Below, one piece after another: positions 27,930-39,255 of a stretch of DNA of 64,000 bases (positions are counted from its first letter, which is position 1; each line of letters opens with the position of its first letter). The notes under the pieces are model-generated. The model saw only the letters and a program-made list of their open reading frames with translations. It was not told the origin of the DNA and did no database searches. Source of the stretch: Lingula anatina (taxonomy: Eukaryota; Animalia; Brachiopoda); the NCBI GenBank assembly GCA_051362555.1, contig CM120643.1, forward strand, positions 8,804,001-8,868,000, read 5' to 3'. The position numbers and the translations under genes were made by a program.

Positions 27930-29741
27930 GGTTAACGTTTTCCTTTTTTTATTCCAGGGCAGTGCAGAATCCACGACCTACTGACTAAAGTGATCAAGGA
28001 GTGTAACGAGGCCTACAGCATAATGGAAGAGGAGGATGGGTCGTTTGGAGTGGGCTGGGTCCCTTTCAACGGTACCTCCACCGTCAACAACTCAAGGTGT
28101 GTGTAAATATGGAACAGTAGCACATTTGACCTTCATAGGACTTTTGTAGTTAGTTAAAGTGCATGCAAAACATAATGGGCATAGCTCTTTACAAATTTTA
28201 ACCCGTATTTCAAATTTTGACGGGTAACAGTAAATGTTTTTTTATTTAATTTTATTGTATTGACAATTTATGGAGTTTCACAAGAGTAAATGTTTATTTT
28301 GCTTTAAAAATGTCATAGTTAGGCAGAAATATCAGTACATAGCATAATTTGCCTTGTGTAGTGCGTTATCACTGCATATATTTCCAGCCCGGAGTACACA
28401 TACCGTACCTCTAGCGAGCTCGACGGTTACCCACACTACGGTCTGCTGACGGTGTACGGCGGCGGAGGGTATGTGGCGGAGCTTAGAGGCAGCGCCAGAA
28501 CCCTGCTTGCCCTGGGAGAGCGTCTGGAGAGGGAGAAGTGGATAGACAAGTACACCCGCGCGGTGCTTGTGGAGTTCACGTGCTACAACCCCGGTATCAA
28601 CCTCTTCTCCATTGGGACCATGGTGGCAGAGTTTCCAGAGACTGGCGGCGTTTTTACCAGTTACCGATTTGAGCCAACGCGTCTGTTCAACTATCTTGGG
28701 TCTGCAATGGGGTTCCAGATTTTCTGTGAGGTGTCATACTTTGTTTTTATATTCTTCTTCATGTATAAAGAGGGTAGGAAGATGTGGCGGGCTCGATGCA
28801 AGTATTTCTCAGAGTTCTGGAATCTTGTGGAGTTCTCCATCATTGCGTTCTCGATTGGTGGCGCTGTGGTGTTTTTCTATCGTCTGCTTCTCACCGATAC
28901 CTTGACAACTTCCTTCAAGGAGTCCCATGGCAACAGTTATATCAAGTTCCAGTATGTAGGCTACTGGAACGAGATGTACAGCTACATGTTAGGTTTCATC
29001 TGCTGTCTCGGCACCTTGAAGTTCTTGAAGCTGCTTCGCTTTAACAAGCGTATGTCCTTTTTGGCGGCAACGCTTAGGCACAGCACCAAGCACCTGTTTG
29101 CGTTCGCAGTAATGTTCTTTATCGTGTTTTTCGCATTCGTGCAATTCTTCACTCTGGACATGGGCACTCAGATCCTGAACTTTGCCAACGTGCTGTACGC
29201 CAGCGAGTCCTGCATGCAGATGATGCTGGGAAAGTTCGACTTCTGGGGGCTGGCATCTGCCAGTGAACTCGCGCCATATTTCTTCGTCCTCTTCGTGGTT
29301 CTGGTCTCCTGGATCACCATCAACATGTTCCTGTCGATCATGAACGAGAGCTTCACCGCCGTCAAGAATGACCTTTCCAAGCAGCCCAACGAATACGAGA
29401 TGGTGGACTTCATTGTAACTAGGTTCAAGCTCTGGACGGGGCTAGGGGCTCCAAAAGCCGGTCAACCCACTGCTGCCACCACCCCGGACAAACTGAACAA
29501 CGAGAAGACCGAGGGTCAGGACAAGGAGAACTCGGTGGAGACCGATTTGAATCATTTCCCAGAAAAAGTGGACCGGCTCCTGAACACAGTGGGCCGCGTT
29601 TACTTCGACTTGGAGACAAACAGCGGAAAGGACGCGTTCAAGCAGATGCTTAAGGACAACAAGTTGAAGGCAAAGATGCACAGCGGAGGCTACGGCAACG
29701 GACTAAAGGATCCAGAGGCTGAAGACTTGGCAATGCTCTAA
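2609..29741 (+). CDS. Polycystin-1 family (PKD1/PKD1-like) 11-TM receptor-channel subunit; 36 visible coding exons, 5' end unresolved
   Basis: Exons bounded by AG/GT with consistent phases: 2609-3102, 3453-3633, 4133-4299, 4684-4934, 5359-5777, 6083-7510, 7754-7936, 8429-8655, 9002-9152, 9380-9480, 9805-10698, 11073-11398, 11920-12119, 14869-15135, 15512-15681, 15877-16042, 16545-16582, 16773-16826, 17268-17393, 18066-18191, 18960-19059, 19377-19453, 20147-20389, 20675-21071, 21679-21941, 22343-22573, 22964-23065, 23299-23414, 23747-23912, 24401-24679, 24917-25513, 25792-25924, 26318-26571, 27186-27357, 27958-28096, 28388-29741 (10,592 nt). Domain order WSC-PKD(n)-REJ-GPS-TM-PLAT-TMs-channel is diagnostic. 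Confidence 0.95.
4133..5777 (+). CDS. Polycystin exons 3-5: PKD1-type Cys-rich (LDL-A-like) region
   Basis: Exons 4133-4299, 4684-4934 and 5359-5777 give IFRPKCPTGEQYCHVENIC...DVTYGDVIGY, which resembles, from memory, the region of human polycystin-1 before the PKD array. Confidence 0.8.
6083..7510 (+). CDS. Polycystin large exon: tandem PKD (Ig-like) repeats
   Basis: Repeated WTFSDG, VDFGDD, WDYGDG, IDWGDG and VDFGDS motifs, most followed by H-x-Y...G-x-Y/H...N. Confidence 0.95.
9805..15681 (+). CDS. Polycystin exons encoding last PKD-like repeats and REJ module
   Basis: Exons 9805-10698, 11073-11398, 11920-12119, 14869-15135, 15512-15681: LPKRYLPYGVYKFTFTV, SKDPD, VNDPPDGGNCSVSP...CQGWTD are REJ-type motifs. 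Confidence 0.9.
12568..12686. mobile_element. Short MITE-like inverted-repeat element next to a (TA)n tract
   Basis: CTGGGGTCGGTTTCACAA ... TTGTGAAACAGGGCCCCAG termini. A related element lies at ~14177-14357 (CCAGTTTCACAAAA...TTTGTCAAACTGG). Confidence 0.55.
18472..18638. mobile_element. Non-autonomous DNA transposon (MITE), TA-flanked
   Basis: TA|CAGGCCCGTAGCCAG ... CTGGCTACGGGCCTG|TA perfect 15-bp TIRs. Degraded relatives at ~4989-5108 and ~35845-36011. Confidence 0.75.
21679..22573 (+). CDS. Polycystin GPS motif and first TM helix
   Basis: Exons 21679-21941 and 22343-22573: YTSGCYF...EGCI|VGNKTTHYSTQCYCTHLTSFMGG...PNTIDW...WARRQDRKD. Confidence 0.92.
22144..22319. mobile_element. MITE family C
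   Basis: GGCCGCATTCAGAACA...AAATATGGC / GCCATATTT...TGTTCTGGATGCGCTC inverted ends. A second copy lies at ~32115-32265. Confidence 0.7.
22964..23912 (+). CDS. Polycystin PLAT/LH2 domain exons
   Basis: YLYEMIVFTGMRRNAGTESK|VNFILSG...RGSVDRFLL...LGDLNYLRIWHDNSGKG...SWYL...YHFICNRWFAVEEDDG. Confidence 0.95.
24135..24346. mobile_element. MITE family D
   Basis: TTTACACTGGACGGCGTCCTTTCT ... AGAAAGGACGCCGTCCAATGTAAA inverted ends. Other copies at 52956-53168 and 63844-64000. Confidence 0.75.
24401..28096 (+). CDS. Polycystin TM2-TM6 and start of TOP domain
   Basis: HLWFSVVARPPRSRFTRLQRVTCC, LPWWF...TEPVK and MGYATMRQVRVKPG motifs in exons 30-35. Confidence 0.93.
28388..29741 (+). CDS. Polycystin terminal exon: TRPP-type cation-channel module and C-terminal tail
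   Basis: YGGGGYV...WIDKYTRAVLVEF...LKFLKLLRFNKRM...MMLGKFDF...NMFLSIMNESF; stop TAA ends at 29741. Confidence 0.96.
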
Positions 29742-30947
29742 CGAATTCTGCACTGTTTCAGTGTCGACGAAGCACAAAGAGTGCCCAATATTCTCCGTCT
29801 CGTACGATAAACTAGCGAATAATTGGCAGTGAAAAGATTAATCTATAAAATGTCAATTGTATTGGTCAATTTTTGTAGCCTTTTCGTTTTCCAGTGATTG
29901 ATTTGTTAATTATCTTCATGTGACGTTGCCACACGTTAGGACTGTCGTTCTGGTAATTTTTATCTTTTTGGTAATTAATATTTTTCTGGTATTTTTTGTC
30001 CATTTTAATACTACGCTGCAGTATTTTAACTTTATCCCCTTACGTCCAAAATATTGGTATTAGTCCGACAGAGACCACGGTTCTGTTTAAAGTACAAATT
30101 TGAAAAATACTTACTGTACACGGAGTACTAGATTGTGCTTATGATTCTAAGACATTGGGCACTGTGAGTGTTACGGACATGATATCTTCAGTTCATTCAG
30201 AAAAGGAATCTGTTTTAGTTATAATGGTAAGTATTCATTTTTAGTGTATTAGAATTGTCCTATGCGCTAAAGAACCAATAACCTTAAGGCAAAGACAAGA
30301 CATAGTATTGAATCTACATTCTCTCTTTTTCGAAGGGACATATGAAAACATTTTGAAATACAAAACTGCAGCGCCGATAATTGACGTACACTGTATACAC
30401 ATGTATCAGCCGTTTGTATTTTGCATGGAACAGCTAGCATAGACTGAACCATTAACAACCAAAATGTAAAGAACATTGCCATTCTCTGAGACACTCTCAA
30501 AATTTTTTTATCTCCCAAAGATTAGAATTGTTAGATCTCCAAAAACTTGTATCCCCTGAGCCCTCAGAAATTATAATGTACAAACTTATAACTATCTTAA
30601 TAAACAAATTGCTATCTTATCAATTAATTATTTTATGTTTAAATGCCATAGTGTGTTAAATATGCTTTTATCACTCTTTTAGGACTAAATCCAACTTTTA
30701 ATTACAAGAAAAAGATTATTATTATTATTTCTCTCTTGTTTCGGTAAATGATTTATCTCTGGAAGAACAGTAGTGTATATTTAACACACTCTTATTTAAA
30801 AGGAAACACCATTTATGTGCACCAGCACCTTTAGTGTGCAGCAATAAACATGTATGTGTTTAATAAAATTATGTCACGCATATATTATTTCTTGAATTTT
30901 TCACTTAGTTCGGGTTGTCTGGGCAAAAGTTCACGCATTGGTGATGC

Positions 30948-30986
<39 letters not shown>

Positions 30987-32279
30987 TTGTGTGTGTGTGT
31001 GCGTGCAGTTGTTGTTGCACTTGTTAATACTGTTTTTCACTTCATTTCTCGAAACAGAATCAATGACACCAAACACTTCCCTTGTAATAGAGGTTTCATG
31101 TGGAACCATGCTTCAGCTACATGTAGTCAAAATTCTAAATTCAAGAGGGGACTATTGGTGTGATTTTTTTCAGAAATCGAAGGGGCGGGTCAGGACCCCC
31201 TGACCCCCCCTCCCAAATCCTGATATTGTTTACTGGGTCCTAGGTCCAAGTCAGTGGAGTTGACATGGAGAAAAGATTAAAATACACAAACATTTTCTCG
31301 GGGCCCCAAACCCCACGCGGGGGGTGGGGGGTGGGGTTGGGGGGGTTATGGCCGGTTTTGCATTTTTGCATGCAATATATGGGGATTTTGTAATTTTCCC
31401 CTGTAAGTGAAGGAGCAGCTATTGATGAAGCATTCATACTGTTATATTTTCTTACCATTAAAGAAAATCAAATTTTGTTTTAAAATAATACAATAAAAGT
31501 ATTATTTTAAGAATAATTTGTTTTTGGGTGACCTTATTGTACTTTTGTGCATTATAAATTCACCATACTGCCACATAACTACAGTGGATGGGCTGCTGCT
31601 TTAGAATTTACTCTTGGATATTACATTGGATTTTTATATGACTAAAAAAGCAGTTATTGATACTTCATTCATACTGTGGTGCTTTCTAACCATTAGATGA
31701 TATTTAAAGCTATTAAAACAGTATATATTTGAGGTTTTATCTTGAAAGGGTATTTTGGGGGACATATTGGAATTTTAACGAACGCCAATATATCTTCATT
31801 CCATTCCCTACAACTGAGCCAAATTGCATGCTGGTGGGTTTAAAAATGCACGCTTCCTCACCATTGTTCGACAATATTGTAGGGGAAACACGATATGACA
31901 TAACCGCGCATCTTGCGCATGTGCAAGCTTCGTTACTCAAAACAGGTTTTACTAGGCAACAGAGGGGCGTTTACCTGAAACAACCATGGCTCAGAGGCGA
32001 TATACCGTGTTTCTTATCCTTCTTATGTTGGATCCCAGGTTAGTAGTAGCAAGCAAATGTACCTTCTTTATAATTATTAATAGTAGTAGTGGTGGTTAAT
32101 TAGAGTCACCGTATGGCCGCATTCAGAACAGTAGACTAACTAGTCCGAGGGTTAAATATGGCAACCCACTAAAAATCTAATCCGCTAATAGACACTGAAT
32201 AGATTCCCCTTTGGAAAGTATTCAAGTTGGTCGGTCATATTTGCCTAGTTTGTCCACTGTTGGCCAACTGATCATTTGT

Positions 32280-33049
32280 GGTGCATTCCCAGAGATTTAG
32301 ATCGATCCAGAGATTAAGATTTAGATCGACCTAACTCCCTGGAGGTTCACGCTAAATTGCAGTCAGCCGAGCGCGCACCATAGTAAATTACCCCCTTACA
32401 GCTTTTAGTAGGCGGGACAGATGCTTAGGGGACCGTTCACATGAAAAATCTATTTTCTAAAAATCTAGTAAAAGTAGAATCTCTATAAGCTTGTTGAAAC
32501 ATACCCTTGTTTATAAAAATAGCAAACATTACCTTTCACGAGACCAGATAGTCCTCTCAGGTGAAACTATCAGCAAAGACCACAAAAGCAACACCAACTG
32601 TTTTCGCCTCCTAGCTCGCATTCTATAAAATCTCATCCTCCGTTGCCGCATCGCTTGCCATCGGATCATGAGGTTTGCACTCATATCTGTCGTGTGTATA
32701 TCTTCTTCATCTTCCTCGTCTTGTTGTTGCACAAAATCGACAAACACATTTTTCAAAGCAACCTCGACTGCCATTTACTTTCTAACTACCTACTGCCCAT
32801 GCGTCAAGGTATCAGAATCTCCTCCGAGCGCAGCCGAGAATTAATTACAGCTTTGGAAGTAACTCACTCGCGCTGCCAGTAATTACGCCGCGGGGTATTC
32901 AGGGCACAGACCGTGATCACAAGTTACCGCCAATAGATTTTTAGATATTTAGAAAATAGATTTTTCATGTGAACGGTCCCTAAGCCGACTAAGCTGACAG
33001 TAATCTAGTGACAGGGATAGATTGATCTAAAATCTATGGGAATGGGGTC
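32280..33049 (+). mobile_element. MITE family A copy interrupted by a nested element
   Basis: Nearly identical to 47105-47330 but split at GCTTAAGCC by the 32428-32980 insertion. Confidence 0.85.
32428..32980 (-). mobile_element. Nested TIR element, likely a PIF/Harbinger deletion derivative with a transposase N-terminal exon
   Basis: ~39-bp TIRs GGGACCGTTCACATGAAAAATCTATTTTCTAA inserted at a TTAA site. Internal minus ORF 32774-32529 (acidic patch, RRRK, RTIWSRER) ends at a GTAATG donor-like site. Confidence 0.7.
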
Positions 33050-33859
33050 TTAGTTTCAGCTTTGAAGAGAGCAAATCGCTGTAACAATTGGGGGGGGGAC
33101 TCCCAAGACTGGAGTATGTTGAATTCATTGATAACCCTGATATTTTGTTTCTTTCAAACACAGTACACTTGAAATAGTAAGTGAACGAAGTAACTACATA
33201 TAGGCTATCTTCATCCTAAATAAACCCATGAAATATAGCACGTGTGATGAGCTTACTTATGCCCCGATTCGACCTATTTTAGTGTGGACCGAAAGGCTTA
33301 CCAAAACGGAGTATAAGTTAGACGCTAGTCTACCATAACGCGAAAAAAATCAAAATTGATTAATTGTTGGTATATGTATGGGGTACTAGCACATGAGGGT
33401 TTTGCGACATTTATTTTAAGTGTTTCAATTTGACCTTTGTCAAAGATATGGGCTGGTTTGGAGATTTTTTTTGAGACTATAGAAAGCGGCTCTGCATTAT
33501 TATTATTTTTTTTTTGCTAATGTCGGTGGCTATAACGCACCTTTTATCAAAATTACTCCTTGTTTTTTTTTTAGGTTCTATGTTGTTGGTTTTTTTTATG
33601 TTAAACCCATAATGCTGACTTTCTTGCTTGTTACCGACTCCTTCGTATAATACTGACAGAATCGCATAATACTGACTCCATCGCATTGTTTTGATTCTAC
33701 TGCTACTTCAGAAGCCTACTGCCATGGTTACAGCTACCACACGCTGCCACAGCTTACTTTTATAGTGTACTTCTATCACTTCAACTTTAGTGTGATAACA
33801 GAATCAATGTATGTAGGCCAATACAAAAGCATTCAAATACCTAAATGTTTTTTCAGCAG

Positions 33860-34260
33860 AATAGGGAAACTGACTTATTGAACTGTAAAGAAGGAGTGCC
33901 GGGGTCTCAAAATTATAAGGCTATATAGAAAAGAGAGCAGACATTTATACTGGTATTGACGTAAGGGAGTTTGAGAGAATTATTGCAACCCGGTGCAGGT
34001 TGTCATCACACGACCTGACAGCGGAGAAGGCACGCTGGTCCCACGTCCCTTTAGAGGATCGGAAATGTAGGCCTATCTGTGGTATCGATGAAATCCAAAC
34101 AGTAGAACATGCTTTCTGTTTTGTCCTGTACCAAGCTCTATACGCAAGAAATTTGCTGTGTGAGATTTTAGCTCGTAGAATATCTTCGGAGAGGAGAACC
34201 TACACACGATGGTGTCATTTGATATATGCTGTTTCTTTTTCTAATGCTAACATTATGTTT
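33860..34260 (+). mobile_element. Degenerate 3' end of a non-LTR retrotransposon ORF2
   Basis: Translation TRCRLSSHDLTAEKARWSHVPLEDRKC...CG.DEIQTVEHAFC matches the R.RLS.H.L.E.GRW...R.C..C...E.EH C-terminal zinc-knuckle pattern of LINE ORF2. Confidence 0.7.
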
Positions 34261-34561
34261 TCGTTCTAGTAACTATTATTTAGGCCATCGACAACTCGAT
34301 TGATAGCTAAGAGGGCATTCACAACAAATGATCCTCAAATGTACTGATCCGCGGATCAAATATGGCGGAGGTAGTTTTGGAGTATATGAGAAAAAAAGCC
34401 ACTCTCGCGTACTGCTTCACGGAGGTAGTTTAGTAACTATTATTTAGGCCATATCGACTCGACTAACTTGCGTATGGATATGTTTTTGTTACGCAGATTG
34501 TAGATATATTTGGTTTATTCTGGGCTTGTAAAAATACTTTGTACTTTCTGCTCACGTTGGA

Positions 34562-34592
<31 letters not shown>

Positions 34593-35540
34593 GTCTATGC
34601 CAGCAGAGTAACTTCCCCGGGAATAAACTGAAAAAAAATCTAATTATGTAGTTGCTTTTTCTGTACTACAATATAATATATGTACAACAATTTTACCTTT
34701 GCAGCAAGTAATATTTATTTAAATCTGTCAGGTGGGATAGCCTGCTAGTGTGGGGTGGGTTGGGGTGGGAGGAGGGTTGCCTTAGTAAACCAAAATGGCT
34801 GGTTCGGGAATGGGGTGTAGGCACAGTGGACCACATCGATACCCCCTTACCACCATCCCCAGCCCCAGGGTTTCCAACTTTTCCATAGCCCATTTCTCCT
34901 TCCCAAGAAAACCTTATATGGTGACAATACCGGCGGGAAGAAAAAACACGAAAAATATCAATAGCATTGGGTATTTATTTATTTATTTATTTATTTAAAT
35001 AATACCAGTAAGAATATCGGTAGCTAATAAAAGTAAAAATGTCATCCATGATATTTTATATTTGTAAAGTCAGATATTTCTTTGCATTTCGTCGCCCTAA
35101 TAAGCAAAATCCGTGCAGTTGTACGACTAAGTAGCAAAGTATACGCTGTTACTGACGCAAGAGGGTAGTACACTCAGTCGCATCTGAACTTTCCCAATGG
35201 ATGCATGAGAATAGTCGCAAGGTTCAATAGTGCGAAACTTTTTAGCATGTTCATTGGTGTGACATGTTCAATAGTCTGAAGGTTTTTTAGTCTGAAAGAA
35301 TGAACAGTAGTATAAAAATGTTAAGTTTAGAGGACTCAAAGGGGTATATCTACCTATATAAGACAAAATGAAAATGGGGATTAAGGTTCAATAAACTTAA
35401 GTTTGAAAATTATCTTTATTATTTAGAATCAAAGCTTATTGTATACTACAAGCACGTACTTCTAAAGGTCGCAATAAATAATTTTAATTTTATTTGACTG
35501 ATTTGATGCTATAAAAAGACATTAATTTAAATAGTTTTAT

Positions 35541-35542
<2 letters not shown>

Positions 35543-35604
<62 letters not shown>
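35543..35604. repeat. (TA)n microsatellite
   Basis: Long TA run. Others at ~12688-12744, ~41358-41415 and ~43944-43992; (AAT)n/(ATT)n at ~15384, ~27140, ~27893, ~45592 and ~59560. Confidence 0.95.
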
Positions 35605-35607
<3 letters not shown>

Positions 35608-36553
35608 TAGCTGTTGCAGTCCAATCAATTCTTTATTTACCCTATATCGGCTGTTAGACATAAAATTAAGCTGAAATTGTGACTACAGACGGTGTAAAAA
35701 AGGCAAGCTATTGATCGGACATTTCAAAACACAGTTCAGTTTTTTAATATCAGTAACGTGCTAGGATGTAGTCCATTACCCAGCAGTGTTCTTCTGACGG
35801 AGAACACATTCACTACAGCCACAAATTAAGTATATCTGTCAACTACAGCCGGGGGAGGGTTCGGTTGATTCGAAAGAACCGCCCTTTTTTTCAGGGAAAG
35901 GTTCATTCTGGGTAAAATTTGATCTAGGTGCAAAAAGGTGTCATTGTTAAAGGTCCACTTTTTCCAAAGAAAGCCCCCCCACCCCCTTTGAATTTGCTGG
36001 CTACGGGACTGTTACCGTGCTTGCATTGTAACAAGCAGGTGACGTTGAAACAAAGAGGGGTGTATATAGTATAGTCTGTAGCCCTCTACATCTCTTTAGT
36101 TGAAAATAATGTGATGTAATGTACACGCTGAAATCAATTTAATAACCTTGATCCCCCCCCCCTCTGTTTCCACCCATTGTACATTTAGCTGCCATGTATC
36201 CCAGAGTACTTGGGGCATTTCTTCTTTTGTCCTGGCATGTACCAGTAATGCTTTTAAGCATATTAAAATATGAAAATTCAGATTGCACAATTTAAATATC
36301 CCCACGAGTACTGGATCCTTTTTTCCTGTGAGAATCCAAGCACTGTGATGGAAGGGTGTTACGGTAGTGTGCCAAACAGTTCGACCAAAATTAATTAATT
36401 TTAAGGAAACGTCACTTTGGTCAAATTGATTGAAATACAGCAATGAAAACCGTATTACGTATTAATCAAAAAACATTTTTTTCTCAATGAAGTGATAATA
36501 CTGACTATTTAATTTTTTCTTTTATTTGTAGATGTTATATCTATTCTGCCGAG

Positions 36554-36924
36554 ATGGCCGAAAGTGGTCTGGAAGCCAAGTTTTTAGAGTACTGTAAGTC
36601 TGCTGGAAGGGAGACTACCGCAAAAAAGGCCACAATCAATAAAATGTTTACAGATTGCGAGCTGTTTAACGATAAGTTTGGTTCAATTGACTTAGATGTC
36701 GCATTCCATATGGCAAAAGCAAACGGGTAAATCATTTTATTTCTTGTTCTTAATCTAATCCTTTTGCTGTCAGTGTTTGATTTTGCACGTACATTTAAGC
36801 AAGATCTCGCCAAATGCCACGACATATTTTGTTTAACATAAAATTTACTTGGCTACTTAGTTTGATTAAAATGTCAGATGAGTTTGAAAATCAGCATGTT
36901 TAGATTACATATACAAAAGTTATT

Positions 36925-36969
<45 letters not shown>

Positions 36970-38323
36970 TGTAAATCGCATTCTAACCATAAGTGCCATA
37001 TTGTAACTTTGATTTTCATTTAATCTACTGAGAAGTTTTGTCGGATAAAAAGTCATGTTGAGTTTTATATATATTATAACAATTTTTTTTGCACAGCTTG
37101 TGGTACTTTGCAATCATGTTTTCTTTGAGTAAACGCCATGGGTTGGTTTCATTCTGTAGTCAAAAAAAAAAAAAAATTAAGCCGTCACATGGCGAAAAAG
37201 TCACAGTGTATTTTGCTTTGAATCAGGAATATTTTAATTATTAACTGTGCGCTGTTTGGCTTACAGTGAGTTAGATTTAGCAAACCCGTATATACAATCA
37301 TTGTATTGCAGGTCAAGCGTAATAAACTTTACGGAGTTTGAGGTTTTGCTTCGCCATCAAAAACTTACCAATGCGCATGACTTTGATGTAAGAGTCAAGA
37401 TTGCTGAATGTGATGGACCCATAGATACAGCTCGACAACCTGTAAGTTTACATGTACTGTTCAATTTATAATCATTAGTGAACTACGCTTAGCTAGTTAA
37501 CTTACCGAAGTCGACTATAATGTAGCCAACTACGAGTGTTTCACAAAGAATATAAAATTCTAGCTTCCTACGTCTTAGTTAACTCTCTTGTTTCCAATCT
37601 GTTAAACTGATTGCAATCAGCAAGAGTCCCCGTGGAATTAATGCGCATTAACTGCTTCGACATAACTCATTCTGAAATTTTCCAAACACTTAGAGTAGTC
37701 TTTACATGTAATATGATATCGATTGAGGGGTGCTCCATGAAACACTGGTTTTTGGCCATAGCATGCTATAGTAAACTACCCCAAACATATACCTAAAACC
37801 CCCAAATCAAATGTCAAATTTGACCTTGACCCTCATTTTCAAGGTCATTCGGCTATTTAATGGAGAAATATTGAAGTGGGCTAAAAGTGATGTTTTGTCC
37901 CCCCCCCCCCAATTCGCACATGCTCTTTCAGAATATGGGGTCACATTTAACCCATGACCTTCACATGACCTTGTAAGAGCCTTTCCACACCTATTTTGCA
38001 GGGGAATCCTCCGCCACTGGCTTAAGCCAGTTGCAGTCTAGTTTTATTTTAATTTTTTCATGCCCTGAACACTTTTCTATTACAATGTAGCTCAAGTGGG
38101 TTTTGAAACTGCTCACTTGAAAGCAATATTTTGTATGCCATGTAACTTTGTAAGTAACTCAGAAATTATCTGGTTTCAGGGCGCGTATATCTCTGAGAAC
38201 ACTGGCTCTCACAAGGAAAGATTTGATGAGTCCGGCAATGGCGGGGGACGTGAAGATGCTGTTGAAGACAGTGGATATGTTGGACGTTACCAGGGCGCTG
38301 GAAGATATAACCCCAAGCACTGA
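36554..38323 (+). CDS. TPPP: TPPP/p25-alpha paralogue 1 (divergent, 148 aa)
   Basis: Exons 36554-36726, 37312-37441, 38180-38323: MAESGLEAKFLEYC...KMFTDC...DLDVAF...[19 protein letters not shown]...SGYVGRYQGAGRY. Confidence 0.85.
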
Positions 38324-39255
38324 ATTTAGAAAGTCAACTTTTCGTAGATTTTTATGCACCGTGCTTATATGTAGGCAGTCTCTTAATATGTTGTTTAGAA
38401 AAAGCGGCTTTTGGTTCTGAGAGACATTTTAATATCAAAGTTTAATCTCAAACAATTTGTCTTTGCTTGTTGGAGTAAAAATTCTTTTTAGATATAGATT
38501 CTAAGCCTTGGTGGACTATTTTAAACAGTTTTAATTTAAGAGTGTTCAGATAGTGAAACTCAACTTTTCGTAGATTTTTGTGCAGTGTGTTTATATGTAG
38601 GCAGGCTTTTTAATATGTTGTGTAGATTCTAAGCCTTGGTCGATTTTAAACAGTTTAAACTTAAAAATGTTCAGATAGTGAAAATGTCAATAACTCGTTT
38701 TGAAAAGAGACTGAAATATTTGTGTGACCACATGTTATTCTCATATTACGTGTCATCACCTCAGTTGCGCGTTTATAGAAAAATTAAGGGGAAATTTACA
38801 GGATTATTTCAAACAATGCAATTAGATAATAAATTGCTTCAGTTTGAAAACAAGCATGGGTGGCTCTAAATTGAAGAAATCAATAATAATACATGTAATA
38901 ATAATAATAATAGTCATGTTATAAGATAAAAAATAAATGAAAAAGTCAGGATATATAAATTATTGAATAAGGACAAACAGGTAAAATAATGTAAAATGAA
39001 GTAATAAGAAATTAACTTAAAAAAAAAAATGAAAATAGCATCACGTTAAGTCATTTTGAATCCCATTTCGTTTGCATTTGGAAAACCATGGATATTATGG
39101 GAAGTGTCCAAAATGGATCGCCGATCAAAATGCTTCATGTGACGTTAAAGGAACAACCCTAAAAAGGCCCTACACCAGGCTTGCGTGCAAACCGTTGTAT
39201 TCCAGATGGAATTGCAAAGACAGTGTACACAATGTTTTTAAAAGGTGATAGTAAT

